A stretch of DNA of 32,000 bases from Clostridium kluyveri (GCF_001902295.1 NZ_CP018335.1:1852750-1884749); one strand, 5' to 3'; positions 17,045 through 27,053 are shown, numbered from the stretch's first letter. Made by a program: numbers and translations. Notes: generated by a model from the letters alone, not told the origin.

Positions 17045-17793
17045 ATGACAAAAAATATTAAACTTTTTTGTTTGCCATATGCTGGGGGCACATCTATGTA
17101 TTATATGAAATGGAAACAATATTTATGCAGCAATATTGAAGTATATCCTCTAGAAATGGCAGGAAGGGGAAAAAGATTTGGTTCAAATTTGTTTGAGAAT
17201 ATGTATGATGTTGTAAAGGATCTATTTAGTATATTAGCAAAAGAATTAGATAAATTAGGTGACTTTGAATATGCATTTTTTGGACATAGCATGGGAACTG
17301 TTATAATTTATGAACTAATGAAAAAAATAAAACAATATAATTACAAAGAACCCATACATATATTTATGTCTGGTAGAGTTCCACCTAGCTTTCAGGAAAA
17401 AAAATTATTTACAATTTAAGTTATGATGAATTTAAAAGAGAAATATCAAATTTAGGGGGAGTACCTGATGACATAATTAATAACAATGATGTATTTGATA
17501 TATTTCTCCCTATATTAAGAGCAGATTACAAAATAATCGAAACTTATAAATTTTCAAAATCCCCTAAATGGAATTTTGACATTTCAGTATTAAATGGGAG
17601 AAATGATCCAGAGGTTGAGGATTATTATATTTCTAAATGGGACATGTATACAAATAAAAAATGTAATTTTTATTTATTTGATGGAGGTCATTTCTTTATT
17701 AATGAAAATACAGTTGAAGTTGTAGAGAAAATAAATAATATTCTTATTAGAAATTTAGGAGAAAAATCTTTTTTCAAGGAGGCTAAAATTTAG
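17045..17793 (+). pseudogene. Type II thioesterase (GrsT/TE-II family) interrupted by a frameshift in an A8 run
   Basis: N-terminal part in frame 1 (LFCLPYAGGTSMYY, GHSMG) stops at 17419. The C-terminal part (LSYDEFKREISNLGGVPDD..., LPILRADYK, GGHFF) continues in another frame to TAG 17791-17793. One extra A in A8 (17397-17404) restores a single ~249-aa ORF. Confidence 0.85.
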
Positions 17794-18776
17794 TGTTTAA
17801 CAATGAAAAGTTTTTTTGGTCACCTGCGGCAAGATGGGAAAAAAAAGATGGTCAGGTAAAGATTGAAGTATTTTGCTATAAAGATTATATTGTTGAGTTA
17901 TTTCCTGAATTCTATTTTTTTACACAGAAAGGTGTTTATGTAAATGACTTAATTGATAAATTTCCGAAATATGATAAGGACAGATTAAAAAGTTTTATAC
18001 AGGATTTAATTAGAAAAAAGATATTAGTTGATTCTCCACTTATACCTCATGAATTATTTTATAGTGGAAATTACCTTTTTCAAAATAAACATAGTGAAAA
18101 TATAAAATATGATAAATTAGAATTTGAAAATTTTAAGAGTATGCAGTTAAATAGAAATTACAAAACGCCTAAGGGTCTGAAGATAAATTTATATAGTGAT
18201 GAGCAATATCCCTATTGTATAAGTGAACGAAAAACATGCAGAAGTTTTAATACAAATGAAATAATTAGTTTTGAAGTATTCTCAAAATTAATAGCTGTTT
18301 TTAGACAAAGAAGAATTAATGGACAAATTAAATATTACTATGCTAGTGCTGGAGGACTTTACCCTATAGACATATATATTTATATAAAGGAGAAGAGAGT
18401 AGAAAATTTAAAACAAGGTCTTTATTATTATAGTCCTTTAGATAATTCAATAAATATTGTAGATGAATGTTGTCATGTAAACAAAAATGCACACTATTTT
18501 ATGAATCAATCTATATTTAATCAATCGGCTTTTTCAATTTTTTTTATTTATAATATGGAAGTTACAATGCCTAAATATGGTGGTATCGGATATTTATATT
18601 CGTGTATAGATATAGGTATAATGGTAAGTTCACTTACTTTTGTTGCAGGACTATATAATATTGGTTTATGTTCTATAGGAGATATGAATTTTCATAAAAT
18701 AGAAAAATATTTTCAGCTTAATAAAAATCAAGTTTATATACATACAGTGGAATTAGGACTGAAGTTAGAAGATTAA
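17793..18776 (+). CDS. SagB/McbC-type (nitroreductase-fold, FMN) dehydrogenase; probable azoline oxidase
   Basis: RKTCRSF, YYASAGGLYPIDIYIYI, GLYYYSP and a C-terminal GD...F pattern typical of the SagB/ThcOx family. The GTG start overlaps the TE-II stop (TAGTG). AAGGAGG RBS. Family call is by motif only. Confidence 0.7.
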   Translation: MFNNEKFFWSPAARWEKKDGQVKIEVFCYKDYIVELFPEFYFFTQKGVYVNDLIDKFPKYDKDRLKSFIQDLIRKKILVDSPLIPHELFYSGNYLFQNKHSENIKYDKLEFENFKSMQLNRNYKTPKGLKINLYSDEQYPYCISERKTCRSFNTNEIISFEVFSKLIAVFRQRRINGQIKYYYASAGGLYPIDIYIYIKEKRVENLKQGLYYYSPLDNSINIVDECCHVNKNAHYFMNQSIFNQSAFSIFFIYNMEVTMPKYGGIGYLYSCIDIGIMVSSLTFVAGLYNIGLCSIGDMNFHKIEKYFQLNKNQVYIHTVELGLKLED

Positions 18777-18819
18777 AGTTATTACATTGCTGTAAAATTT
18801 ATGGAAGGAGTATTACGAA

Positions 18820-21800
18820 ATGGATTCTTATGTAAGATCGGAGAAGCTTGAAATCAAAAATTTTCCAAAAGAATTGTCGACTTTATTAAAAATAGCTGGT
18901 GACTTTTCCAGAATAAATGGAAGAGGGATATATTTTATTGAAGAAGATGAATCGGAAATATTTTTGCCGTATTATAAATTGTATGAAAATGCAGTAAGAT
19001 TATGCAGTGGATTACAGAAATTAGGTGTAAAAAGGGGAGATAAGTTAATATTTCAGTTAAAAAGTGAATTTAATTTTATAAATATGTTTTGGGCATGCAT
19101 AGTAGGAGGATATATACCGGTTCCTCTCCCAATTTCAAATATATATTCTTATAATTCACAAGATCTAGTTAGATTTTTAAATGTTACAGAGCAGCTATCA
19201 CATCCTAAAATTATTTCTGAAAAATTATTTCAAGAGTTCTTCAATGAAGGTGCATACAGTAATTTAACTGTAATATATTTTGAAGATATTGATAAATCCT
19301 ATGAACAGAATAATAAAATTCAGCTGCCTTTGCCATCTGATATTGCTTTTATTCAATTTTCCTCGGGAAGTACAGGAAATCCTAAAGGGGTTATACTTAC
19401 ACATAATAATTTAATTCATAATATATTTCAAATTAATGAAAAAAGTAAAAGTACCAATATGGATTTTATGGCTAATTGGATGCCACTTACCCATAATCTG
19501 GGATTAATCGCTCTTCATATTGCACCTTTAGGTGCTTTTAGTAATCAAATTAAGTTCAATACAGAGCTATTTATTAAAAAACCTGAATTATTTATGAAAA
19601 AAATAACTATTTATAAAGCTACTATGTCGGGCTTCCCTAATTTTGCATTATCCTTGCTTTTAGAAAGAATACCAGATGATGAATCTCAAAATTATGATTT
19701 ATCTCATCTCAGGCTTATTTATAACGGTGCAGAACCTATATCAAATAATGTAATTCAAAAATTCAATAAAAAGTTTTCCAAATGGTATTTAAATAAAAAG
19801 GCTATGCATGCTACCTATGGAATGGCAGAAGCAAGTGTTATCATCTCTCTTCAGGATATGGATGATTCTATTATCAGTCATAAAATTATAAGAAATGAAT
19901 TTTCGTTAAATAACAATATTATATATTCAGAAGACAATGAAGATACTATAGAATTTGTTGATGTGGGATATCTGCTGCCAGAAATGGAAGTCAAAGTATT
20001 GGATGATGATGATATTTTATTGGAAAATGAAAAGGTAGGTAATATTCTGGTAAAGGGTCCTAATATAACATCTGGATATATTAATGATGATGGAATGAAT
20101 GAAAAATTATTTCTAGATGGATTTCTAAGAACGGGAGATTTAGGATTTGTTAAAGATGGAAGATTGGTAATAACAGGACGCAGAAGAGATTTGATCTTTT
20201 TTAATGGGCAGAATTTCTATGCTCATGATATAGAACATTTATGTGAAGAAATTGATGAAGTTGATTTTGGACAAGTGGCTGCATGTGGGGTTACAAATTA
20301 TAAAAATGGTAGTGAGGAATTAATAATTTTCATACAATTTAGGGAGGAAATTAAAAATTTTAGTGAAGCTACCTTAAGAATAAAAGAATATGTAAATAGA
20401 AGAATAGGACAAAGTATTACCCATATATTGCCTGTAGAATATATACCTAAAACTGCAAGTGGGAAGATACAAAGGCAGGAGCTTGGACAGAGGTATTTGA
20501 ATGGCGAATTTCATGATATCATTTTAATGATAAATGAAGAAATAAAAAACTGTAATAATAAAAATAATACAGCAAGAAATAAAATAGATTTTGATTTAAT
20601 AAAGTTATGGGGCAGAATATTGAACTTGGAAAACATACGAATTCAGGATGATTTTTTTAAACTTGGAGGAGATTCTCTGAAATTAATTCAAATATGTTAT
20701 GAAATAAGTAATATATATAAAGTTGATATAAATTCAAGTGAGTTTATAAAGTTAGGTAATATTTTAAATATAAGTGATTATATTCAAAATAATAAAAATT
20801 TAATAAGTGAACAAAAATATCCTGTATCAGCACCCGATACTAAAAATCTTAATGTTCCATTTCCTTTATCCGAAGTACAGTCTGCCTATTTTACAGGGAG
20901 AAACAGTGGATTTGAAATGGGAGGGGTATCAACTCATATATATTATGAAATAGAAACAAAGCTGGATATAGATAAATTTAACCAAAGTCTCAATAAGGTA
21001 ATAAAACATCAGCCTATGTTGAGGGCCATAATTCTTGAAAGTGGCCAGCAGAAAATACTTGAAAGTGTGCCAAAATACAATATAAAAGTGGAAGATATAA
21101 GTGAACTCAATTATGACAGCCAGCAGGAAAGAATATTGGAAGAAAGAGATAGGATGTCTCACTATATATTTAAAACAGATATATGGCCTCTATTTGAATT
21201 CAAAGCTTTTAAGACAAATATCAACAAATACTATATGCTTATAGGATTTGATCTTTTGATATCAGATGGGACTAGCATGCGTATATTGGTGAAAGAAATA
21301 ATAGAAAATTATGATTGCTTTCATAAAGGCTACCAAAAGCTTAAGTTTAATTTTAGAGATTATGTAACGGCATGCGAAGAATTTAAGATATCAAAAGTTT
21401 ATGAAAATGATAAAAAATATTGGATGGAAAAACTCAAGGATTTTCCACAGGCACCTAAACTGCCTTTAAAGCAGGAGCCTTCAGAGGTGGCAAGCCCTCA
21501 TTTCAAAAGACAGAATAAAATTATAAGTAAAAATATCTGGGAGAATATAAAGAAAAAGGCCAAAGAAAATAATATAACTCCTTCCGTACTTTTGTGTACA
21601 GCCTATGCACAGATACTAGGCCACTGGAGCAATGAACCTCATCATGCGATAAATGTGACTGTATTTACAAGATATCCTTTCCATGAGGATGTAAATAAAA
21701 TCATAGGGGATTTTACATCAGTAATGTTACTTGATGTAGATTTAAAAACCGGTACATCTTTTTGGGAAAAGGCATCAGAGGTTCAAAGTTCTATGATGGA

Positions 21801-22401
21801 AGCGCTGGAGCACAGACACTACGATGGAATTAATTTTATAAGGGATATATCAAAATATAATGGATTGGGAGCAAAAGCTGTAATGCCTATAGTGTTTACA
21901 AGTCTACTGTTTTCCATGGACAATGAGGAAAAAGGAGTAGGATTTACAGAACTTGGGGATATAAAAATGGGAGTAAGCCAGACATCACAGGTATATCTGG
22001 ATTATCAGGTAATGGAGATAGGGGGAAATTTATCTATAACATGGGACTATGTAGAAGAATTGTTTGAAGAAGATATGATAAATACCATGTTCCAGCAGTA
22101 TGTAAAGCTGGTGGAAAGTTTACTGGAACACAGGGAATATAGACTTCAGGCAGAAGAAGAGACAATAAAATTTATAGATAATTATAACCACAGGGAAGAA
22201 TTCATACCTGAAACCACCCTTCAGGAGCTGTTTATGAAAAAGGCAAAGGAATGCCCTGAAAATACAGCTCTCATATTTGAAGACAGAAGTATGAACTATA
22301 GGGAACTGGATATTAAATCAAACCAGGTAGCCCATTACTTAAAACAGCAGGGATTTGGCAGCAGTGACTTTATAGGCATAGGTAGTGTAAAAAGTTTATG
22401 A
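18820..22401 (+). CDS. NRPS megasynthetase, 5' fragment (FAAL - carrier - heterocyclisation (Cy) - start of A domain); native coding sequence ends at 22380 where an IS is inserted
   Basis: FAAL motifs FSSGSTGNPKGV, YGMAEA, TGRRRDLIFFNGQNFYAHDIE. Carrier LGGDSL. Cy motifs FPLSEVQSAYFTGR, RAIILESGQQ, DLLISDGTS, GDFTS, PIVFTSLL, SQTSQVYLDYQ. A1 motif MNYRELD. The last 7 codons plus the stop are IS-derived. Confidence 0.92.
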   Translation: MDSYVRSEKLEIKNFPKELSTLLKIAGDFSRINGRGIYFIEEDESEIFLPYYKLYENAVRLCSGLQKLGVKRGDKLIFQLKSEFNFINMFWACIVGGYIPVPLPISNIYSYNSQDLVRFLNVTEQLSHPKIISEKLFQEFFNEGAYSNLTVIYFEDIDKSYEQNNKIQLPLPSDIAFIQFSSGSTGNPKGVILTHNNLIHNIFQINEKSKSTNMDFMANWMPLTHNLGLIALHIAPLGAFSNQIKFNTELFIKKPELFMKKITIYKATMSGFPNFALSLLLERIPDDESQNYDLSHLRLIYNGAEPISNNVIQKFNKKFSKWYLNKKAMHATYGMAEASVIISLQDMDDSIISHKIIRNEFSLNNNIIYSEDNEDTIEFVDVGYLLPEMEVKVLDDDDILLENEKVGNILVKGPNITSGYINDDGMNEKLFLDGFLRTGDLGFVKDGRLVITGRRRDLIFFNGQNFYAHDIEHLCEEIDEVDFGQVAACGVTNYKNGSEELIIFIQFREEIKNFSEATLRIKEYVNRRIGQSITHILPVEYIPKTASGKIQRQELGQRYLNGEFHDIILMINEEIKNCNNKNNTARNKIDFDLIKLWGRILNLENIRIQDDFFKLGGDSLKLIQICYEISNIYKVDINSSEFIKLGNILNISDYIQNNKNLISEQKYPVSAPDTKNLNVPFPLSEVQSAYFTGRNSGFEMGGVSTHIYYEIETKLDIDKFNQSLNKVIKHQPMLRAIILESGQQKILESVPKYNIKVEDISELNYDSQQERILEERDRMSHYIFKTDIWPLFEFKAFKTNINKYYMLIGFDLLISDGTSMRILVKEIIENYDCFHKGYQKLKFNFRDYVTACEEFKISKVYENDKKYWMEKLKDFPQAPKLPLKQEPSEVASPHFKRQNKIISKNIWENIKKKAKENNITPSVLLCTAYAQILGHWSNEPHHAINVTVFTRYPFHEDVNKIIGDFTSVMLLDVDLKTGTSFWEKASEVQSSMMEALEHRHYDGINFIRDISKYNGLGAKAVMPIVFTSLLFSMDNEEKGVGFTELGDIKMGVSQTSQVYLDYQVMEIGGNLSITWDYVEELFEEDMINTMFQQYVKLVESLLEHREYRLQAEEETIKFIDNYNHREEFIPETTLQELFMKKAKECPENTALIFEDRSMNYRELDIKSNQVAHYLKQQGFGSSDFIGIGSVKSL

Positions 22402-24225
22402 AAAACTATAAAATAATAAATTTTTAGGGCACCCATAAATGTAAGTTTGTTACAAATAACCGCAGTTGCCCTTGACAAACATTATCCAAATTTTGTTTTA
22501 CCTTGAAGAGGGCGAAGGGAAAAGATATAAAGACATGACAAAAAGCCCTCTGAAAACCAATTTTAAAATTTGTCTAATTCGGTTTGTCAAGGGTTCGCTG
22601 ACGCCAACAGCTGCTTTAGGGCTCAGCTAAATAGATATAAAATCTTAGGAGGTAGCCTGTGATATACAATAGTCTTGAGCTAGTTCAACAAGCTTACACC
22701 AACGAGCTGGCATGGTTTGAAGACTTTGAAGTACAGGTATTTGAACTGGAACCTTATGATTAAGTGTTGAATGAGTTCTTAGAAAATTAAAATATGCAGC
22801 AAATAATGTTACAAATGCTATAGAACCATCTGAACTATTAAAACCACAGGTTGTCCTATAACTGCCTTTAAAGGTTCTATTAAGACGTTCAATTATCTGT
22901 TTTAAAGGTCTGTATTCCTTTGAAACGTCATCATTGTTTGTAAGACCTATGACTTGAGTAATATCGAAGTTAATGTCTTCGCTTGCGAAAAAATGTTGTG
23001 CCAACAAGTAGATTGGATTACCATCAACAATGAAATTTAGTTTTTTAGGTATATCCTTAAGCTTTGATAAAACGTCGTCTAAAGCTTTAACTGCTGAAAG
23101 AGTATCTCTATTTGGTGAAACTCTATAAGAAAGAATAATTTTCTTAACAGAGTCAAAGAAAAAGAAGATATACTGCCATTTACCGTTAACTTTTATGTAT
23201 GTTTCATCACCACAAAAAGAATTAGATAACTCATAATTGTAGTTATCAACAAAGGGCTTTACCACATGGGATACAGCATCAGCGTAGTTTAAAACTGTTT
23301 GATGAGATATTTTAATACCGTGAATATCCCTCATTATTGAAGCCGTCTGTCTTGAAGACATATGGTAGTTTATGTAGTAAGACATAATTAATCCTAAAGT
23401 ATGAGACGAAACCATTATTTTAGGCAGACTAATTTTAGATTTAACAGGGCTTTTACTGCTAAAAGGCTTATAGTCAAAAGTAAATTCCCTAGTTATATAT
23501 CTAACTTTATAGTTGTGAGGGTTATTTTTAAAGTCTTCTCTTTCTTTTTTAGTCATTGAAGCTAAATTGGTTTTATAAAAATCACACTCATCATTCTTAC
23601 ATTTATGCACATAAAAGTCCTTGCGAGTTTTGATTTTTTCAAGTGTTTTACCACAGTAAGGACATTTTAAAATAACGGACTTTTGAAAATAATTTTTAGG
23701 GTTAAATACTGTGTTGCATACCTTACAAAGGTATTGACCTCTGCCACCATTATTATCGTAAAGATACTGGTGGGGAGCACCACATTTAGGACACTTAACT
23801 TCTTTAGGAATGATAGTTTTATTCTTACGTGGCTTAACAGGTGTAAGTTCTTTCTTGTGACTTTCAAAATAGTTATGTAGAAGAACTTTATAATCAAGCT
23901 TTTCAGGTATTTCAAATATAGGTATTTTGTCTACCTGAAGCTTTCTATATTCCTTTTTTACTGGTTCGTCAGAGGCAGGGGTAAACATGGGTTTGCCAAC
24001 TAAAAGAATAAATAATAGGTTAATCATATTGTGTAGGTAAATAATGTATTTAACAAGAAACTCGTTAATCATGCTTGTAGCTTGCTCCTTTCTTCTTTGC
24101 TGGAAATTATGACTTTGCAAATCACTAATTTACCCTAAAAGTTTGGGGGGAGCAAGTTATTTATATAAAATTGTTAAAAATAAAAGGGTTACGTCAGAAA
24201 TTATATTAAAATTTTTGACAATACC
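22381..24225 (-). mobile_element. IS6-family-like insertion sequence (1,845 bp) with 8-bp target-site duplication
   Basis: TSD TAGGCATA at 22373-22380 and 24226-24233. Terminal IRs GGTAGTGTAAAAAGTTTA and GGTATTGTCAAAAATTTT match 14/18 and follow the IS26/IS257-like GGT..TGT..AAA.TTT pattern. IS240-type DDE transposase. Confidence 0.85.
22645..24072 (-). CDS. IS6/IS240-type DDE transposase with a long N-terminal zinc-finger extension
   Basis: CPKCG...CKVC and CPYCG...CKNDEC zinc-finger pairs. DDE core: GDETYIKVNGKWQYIFFFFD, VDGNPIY, IERLNRTFK. The ORF track starts at TTG 24120. ATG 24072 has an AAGGAG 12 nt upstream. The start is uncertain. Confidence 0.85.
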   Translation of the reverse strand: MINEFLVKYIIYLHNMINLLFILLVGKPMFTPASDEPVKKEYRKLQVDKIPIFEIPEKLDYKVLLHNYFESHKKELTPVKPRKNKTIIPKEVKCPKCGAPHQYLYDNNGGRGQYLCKVCNTVFNPKNYFQKSVILKCPYCGKTLEKIKTRKDFYVHKCKNDECDFYKTNLASMTKKEREDFKNNPHNYKVRYITREFTFDYKPFSSKSPVKSKISLPKIMVSSHTLGLIMSYYINYHMSSRQTASIMRDIHGIKISHQTVLNYADAVSHVVKPFVDNYNYELSNSFCGDETYIKVNGKWQYIFFFFDSVKKIILSYRVSPNRDTLSAVKALDDVLSKLKDIPKKLNFIVDGNPIYLLAQHFFASEDINFDITQVIGLTNNDDVSKEYRPLKQIIERLNRTFKGSYRTTCGFNSSDGSIAFVTLFAAYFNFLRTHSTLNHKVPVQIPVLQSLQTMPARWCKLVELAQDYCISQATS

Positions 24226-24233
24226 TAGGCATA

Positions 24234-27053
24234 TATGGGGAAAGAAATATGAAAACCATAGTAAATATAATGGGAGTGTTAAAGGCAGGAGCAGCGTATG
24301 TACCTGTAGATCCAAAATATCCTGAAGATAGGAAAAGATATATACTGGAAAACAGTAACTGCAGGACTATACTAAAGTCAAGTTTCTATGAAGATAAAAA
24401 TTTAAGTATATACCCGGAAACAGTACCCAAAATAAAGTATAATCCACAGGATACTGCCTATATCATATACACTTCGGGAAGTACCGGGAGACCTAAAGGA
24501 GTAGTAATATCTCAAAGTGCTGTAGTAAATACCATAATAGACATAAACAAAAAGTTTGATGTAGGTGAAAAGGACAGAATAATAGGACTGTCATCCCTAT
24601 GCTTTGATTTATCTGTATATGATATATTTGGAGCCCTGTCTTCTGGAGCTTCCCTTGTACAGATTAATGATGTAAGGGATGTAAAAAATGTCATGGATGT
24701 AGTGAAAGAAAAAGGTATCACCATATGGAACTCTGTACCTGCAATAATGGATATATTGCTGGAAAATATGAATTTAAATAGTATAGAAGATTATAAATAT
24801 AATAATGTGTTAAGACTGGTAATGCTGAGTGGGGACTGGATAGGACTTAATCTTCCTGAGAAAATAAAAGAAAATTTTCCAGAAGCCAGGGTAATAAGCC
24901 TGGGAGGAGCTACGGAAGCTTCCATATGGTCTATATACTACCCTATAAAAGATATAAAAGACAGCTGGAGGAGTATACCTTATGGGATGCCTCTTGCAAA
25001 TCAGAAATTTTATGTACTGAATTATGAAATGGAATTCTGTCCTTCAGGAGTACCGGGAGAGCTTTATATTGGAGGAAGGGGACTTGCCAGAGGATATATG
25101 GCAGATAAAGAAAAGACGGAGAATGCATTTATAGAACATCCTAAACTGGGCAGTCTGTACAGAACGGGAGATTATGGAGTACTAAATAGTGAAGGGTATA
25201 TAGAATTTTTGGGGAGAAAAGATCATCAGGTAAAAATAAGAGGACACAGAATAGAACTGGGAGAAATAGAAAATGCACTGATAAAACATGAAAATATAAA
25301 AAATGCAGTGGTTGTAGACAGTAAGGATAATAAAGGAAGAAAGTTTTTGTGTGCCTATATAGTAAGTGAAGTTAGATTAAAAAGAAGTGAGCTAAAAGAA
25401 TATATAGAGGGGAAACTTCCAGAATATATGGTACCTAAATATTTCGTAGATATAAAGGAGATACCATTGACAGCCAATGGCAAGGTGGATAGAAAGAATC
25501 TGCCGCAGCCAGAGGTAGAATTGGAGGATAACTATGTGGCTCCTAGAAATGAAGTAGAAAAAAAATTGGTGGATGTATGGAGTGAGATATTGAATTGTAA
25601 CAATATAGGAATAGAGGATAATTTTTTAGCATTGGGGGGAGATTCTTTAACAGCAATAAAAATGTATGCAAGACTTAATGGCGAATTTGAAATTACTATA
25701 AATGATATATTTCAAAATCAGACAATTTCAAAGTTATCACAAAGAATCAAAAGTAAGAATAATAACTTAAAGTTCAGTATTGAAAAGTACAAGAAACAAT
25801 ATCTTCAAAGGAAAGGCATGTTTTGTGACCTAGAACAAAAATTAGAAAAAGAGTATAAGGATTACAGAAGAAAAAATAGAGAATATTATTGTGAAATTGA
25901 TCTTTCCAAAGTTAAGGTATATGAGAGTATTTTAATTACAGGCTCTACAGGATATGTGGGAAGCCATTTGCTTTATGAGTTTTTAAAAAATACTAATTCT
26001 ATAATATACACTATTATAAGAGGAAGTAGTAGGGATAAAGTTAAAGAAAAGCTTAAGAACAAAATAATATTTTATTTTGGATATGAATTTTATGAAAAAT
26101 ATAATAGTAGGATAATACCATTTAATGGAGATTTGACAGAAGAATATCTTGGATTAAATAAGGATACTTATGATGAACTTGGAAGAAAAATTCACTGCAT
26201 AATAAACTGTGCAGCTAACGTGGCTCATTTTGGTGTATATGATGAACTGTATAAAACAAATGTTAAAATTGTAGAAAAAATTATTGAATTTGCCCAAAAT
26301 TCAATCAAAAAAGATATATTTCATGTATCTACTACTTCTGTTGGAACAGGAAAATTGAATGGTTATTCTAATGTTCTTTATACAGAATATGACTTAGATA
26401 TTGGACATGAGATTGATAATTTTTATTCCAAGACTAAATTTGAAGCAGAAAAACTTATGGTACAGGCCAGAAAAGAGGGCATTAATACCACTATATTAAG
26501 GCTTGGCAATGTGGTATTTAACTCCCAATCTGGAATGTTCCAAGAAAATATAGAAAAAAGTGCATTTTACAACTTGATAAATACTCTCGTTAAACTTGAG
26601 GCAATACCTGAATTTCCATTTGGATTTTTGGAATTTTCATATGTAGACTATGTATGCAAGGCTATGTTCTTGCTTATCACAAGAAAAGAATTACAAAATG
26701 AGATATATCATATAAAAAATTCTAAAAAAATTACTTTTAATGAATTTTCTAATTATTTACAAAAGATAGGTATTGAAATAAATAGGTACGAATATGAGAA
26801 GTTTCTTGACTATTTATACTATAATTATAAAAATGAAAATTTAAAGGATCATATTGACAGCCTATTGGTACACACATACTTAATGCCTTGGAGTGTGGAG
26901 ACATTTTTTGTGGATGCTTCTGAAAAAACGGAAATGTTATTGGGAAAAATGGGCTTTAAGTGGAAAAAACCAGATGCTAAATTGATAAAGAGAATGATAG
27001 ATTATGGTATTAAGGTAGGCTTTTTCGATATAAAGTTAGCAGTTAATAATTAA
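24234..27053 (+). CDS. NRPS megasynthetase, 3' fragment (rest of A domain - PCP - terminal thioester reductase)
   Basis: In-frame continuation of 18820-22380 once the IS and one TSD copy are removed (...SDFIGI|YGERNMKTIVNIMGVLKAGAAYVPVDP). A motifs YTSGSTGRPKGV, FDLSVYD, SLGGATEASIWS, YRTGD, GRKDHQVKIRGHRIELGEIE, NGKVDRK. PCP LGGDSL. R domain ITGSTGYVGSHL, GDLTEEYLGL, YSKTK. The first ATG of the fragment is 24249. Confidence 0.92.
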   Translation, partial: YGERNMKTIVNIMGVLKAGAAYVPVDPKYPEDRKRYILENSNCRTILKSSFYEDKNLSIYPETVPKIKYNPQDTAYIIYTSGSTGRPKGVVISQSAVVNTIIDINKKFDVGEKDRIIGLSSLCFDLSVYDIFGALSSGASLVQINDVRDVKNVMDVVKEKGITIWNSVPAIMDILLENMNLNSIEDYKYNNVLRLVMLSGDWIGLNLPEKIKENFPEARVISLGGATEASIWSIYYPIKDIKDSWRSIPYGMPLANQKFYVLNYEMEFCPSGVPGELYIGGRGLARGYMADKEKTENAFIEHPKLGSLYRTGDYGVLNSEGYIEFLGRKDHQVKIRGHRIELGEIENALIKHENIKNAVVVDSKDNKGRKFLCAYIVSEVRLKRSELKEYIEGKLPEYMVPKYFVDIKEIPLTANGKVDRKNLPQPEVELEDNYVAPRNEVEKKLVDVWSEILNCNNIGIEDNFLALGGDSLTAIKMYARLNGEFEITINDIFQNQTISKLSQRIKSKNNNLKFSIEKYKKQYLQRKGMFCDLEQKLEKEYKDYRRKNREYYCEIDLSKVKVYESILITGSTGYVGSHLLYEFLKNTNSIIYTIIRGSSRDKVKEKLKNKIIFYFGYEFYEKYNSRIIPFNGDLTEEYLGLNKDTYDELGRKIHCIINCAANVAHFGVYDELYKTNVKIVEKIIEFAQNSIKKDIFHVSTTSVGTGKLNGYSNVLYTEYDLDIGHEIDNFYSKTKFEAEKLMVQARKEGINTTILRLGNVVFNSQSGMFQENIEKSAFYNLINTLVKLEAIPEFPFGFLEFSYVDYVCKAMFLLITRKELQNEIYHIKNSKKITFNEFSNYLQKIGIEINRYEYEKFLDYLYYNYKNENLKDHIDSLLVHTYLMPWSVETFFVDASEKTEMLLGKMGFKWKKPDAKLIKRMIDYGIKVGFFDIKLAVNN

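Noticed and set aside
17793-18776. SagB-like gene as part of a RiPP (thiazole/oxazole-modified microcin) system
   Set aside because: The window contains no YcaO cyclodehydratase, no E1-like/Ocin-ThiF partner and no Cys/Ser/Thr-rich precursor ORF. A Cy-domain NRPS immediately downstream supplies the azoline substrate, so a tailoring-oxidase role is more economical.
24143-24325. 60-aa plus-strand ORF spanning the IS6-like right end and the start of the NRPS 3' fragment
   Set aside because: It crosses the IS terminus and TSD and is out of frame with the NRPS A-domain motifs. It is an artefact of the insertion junction.
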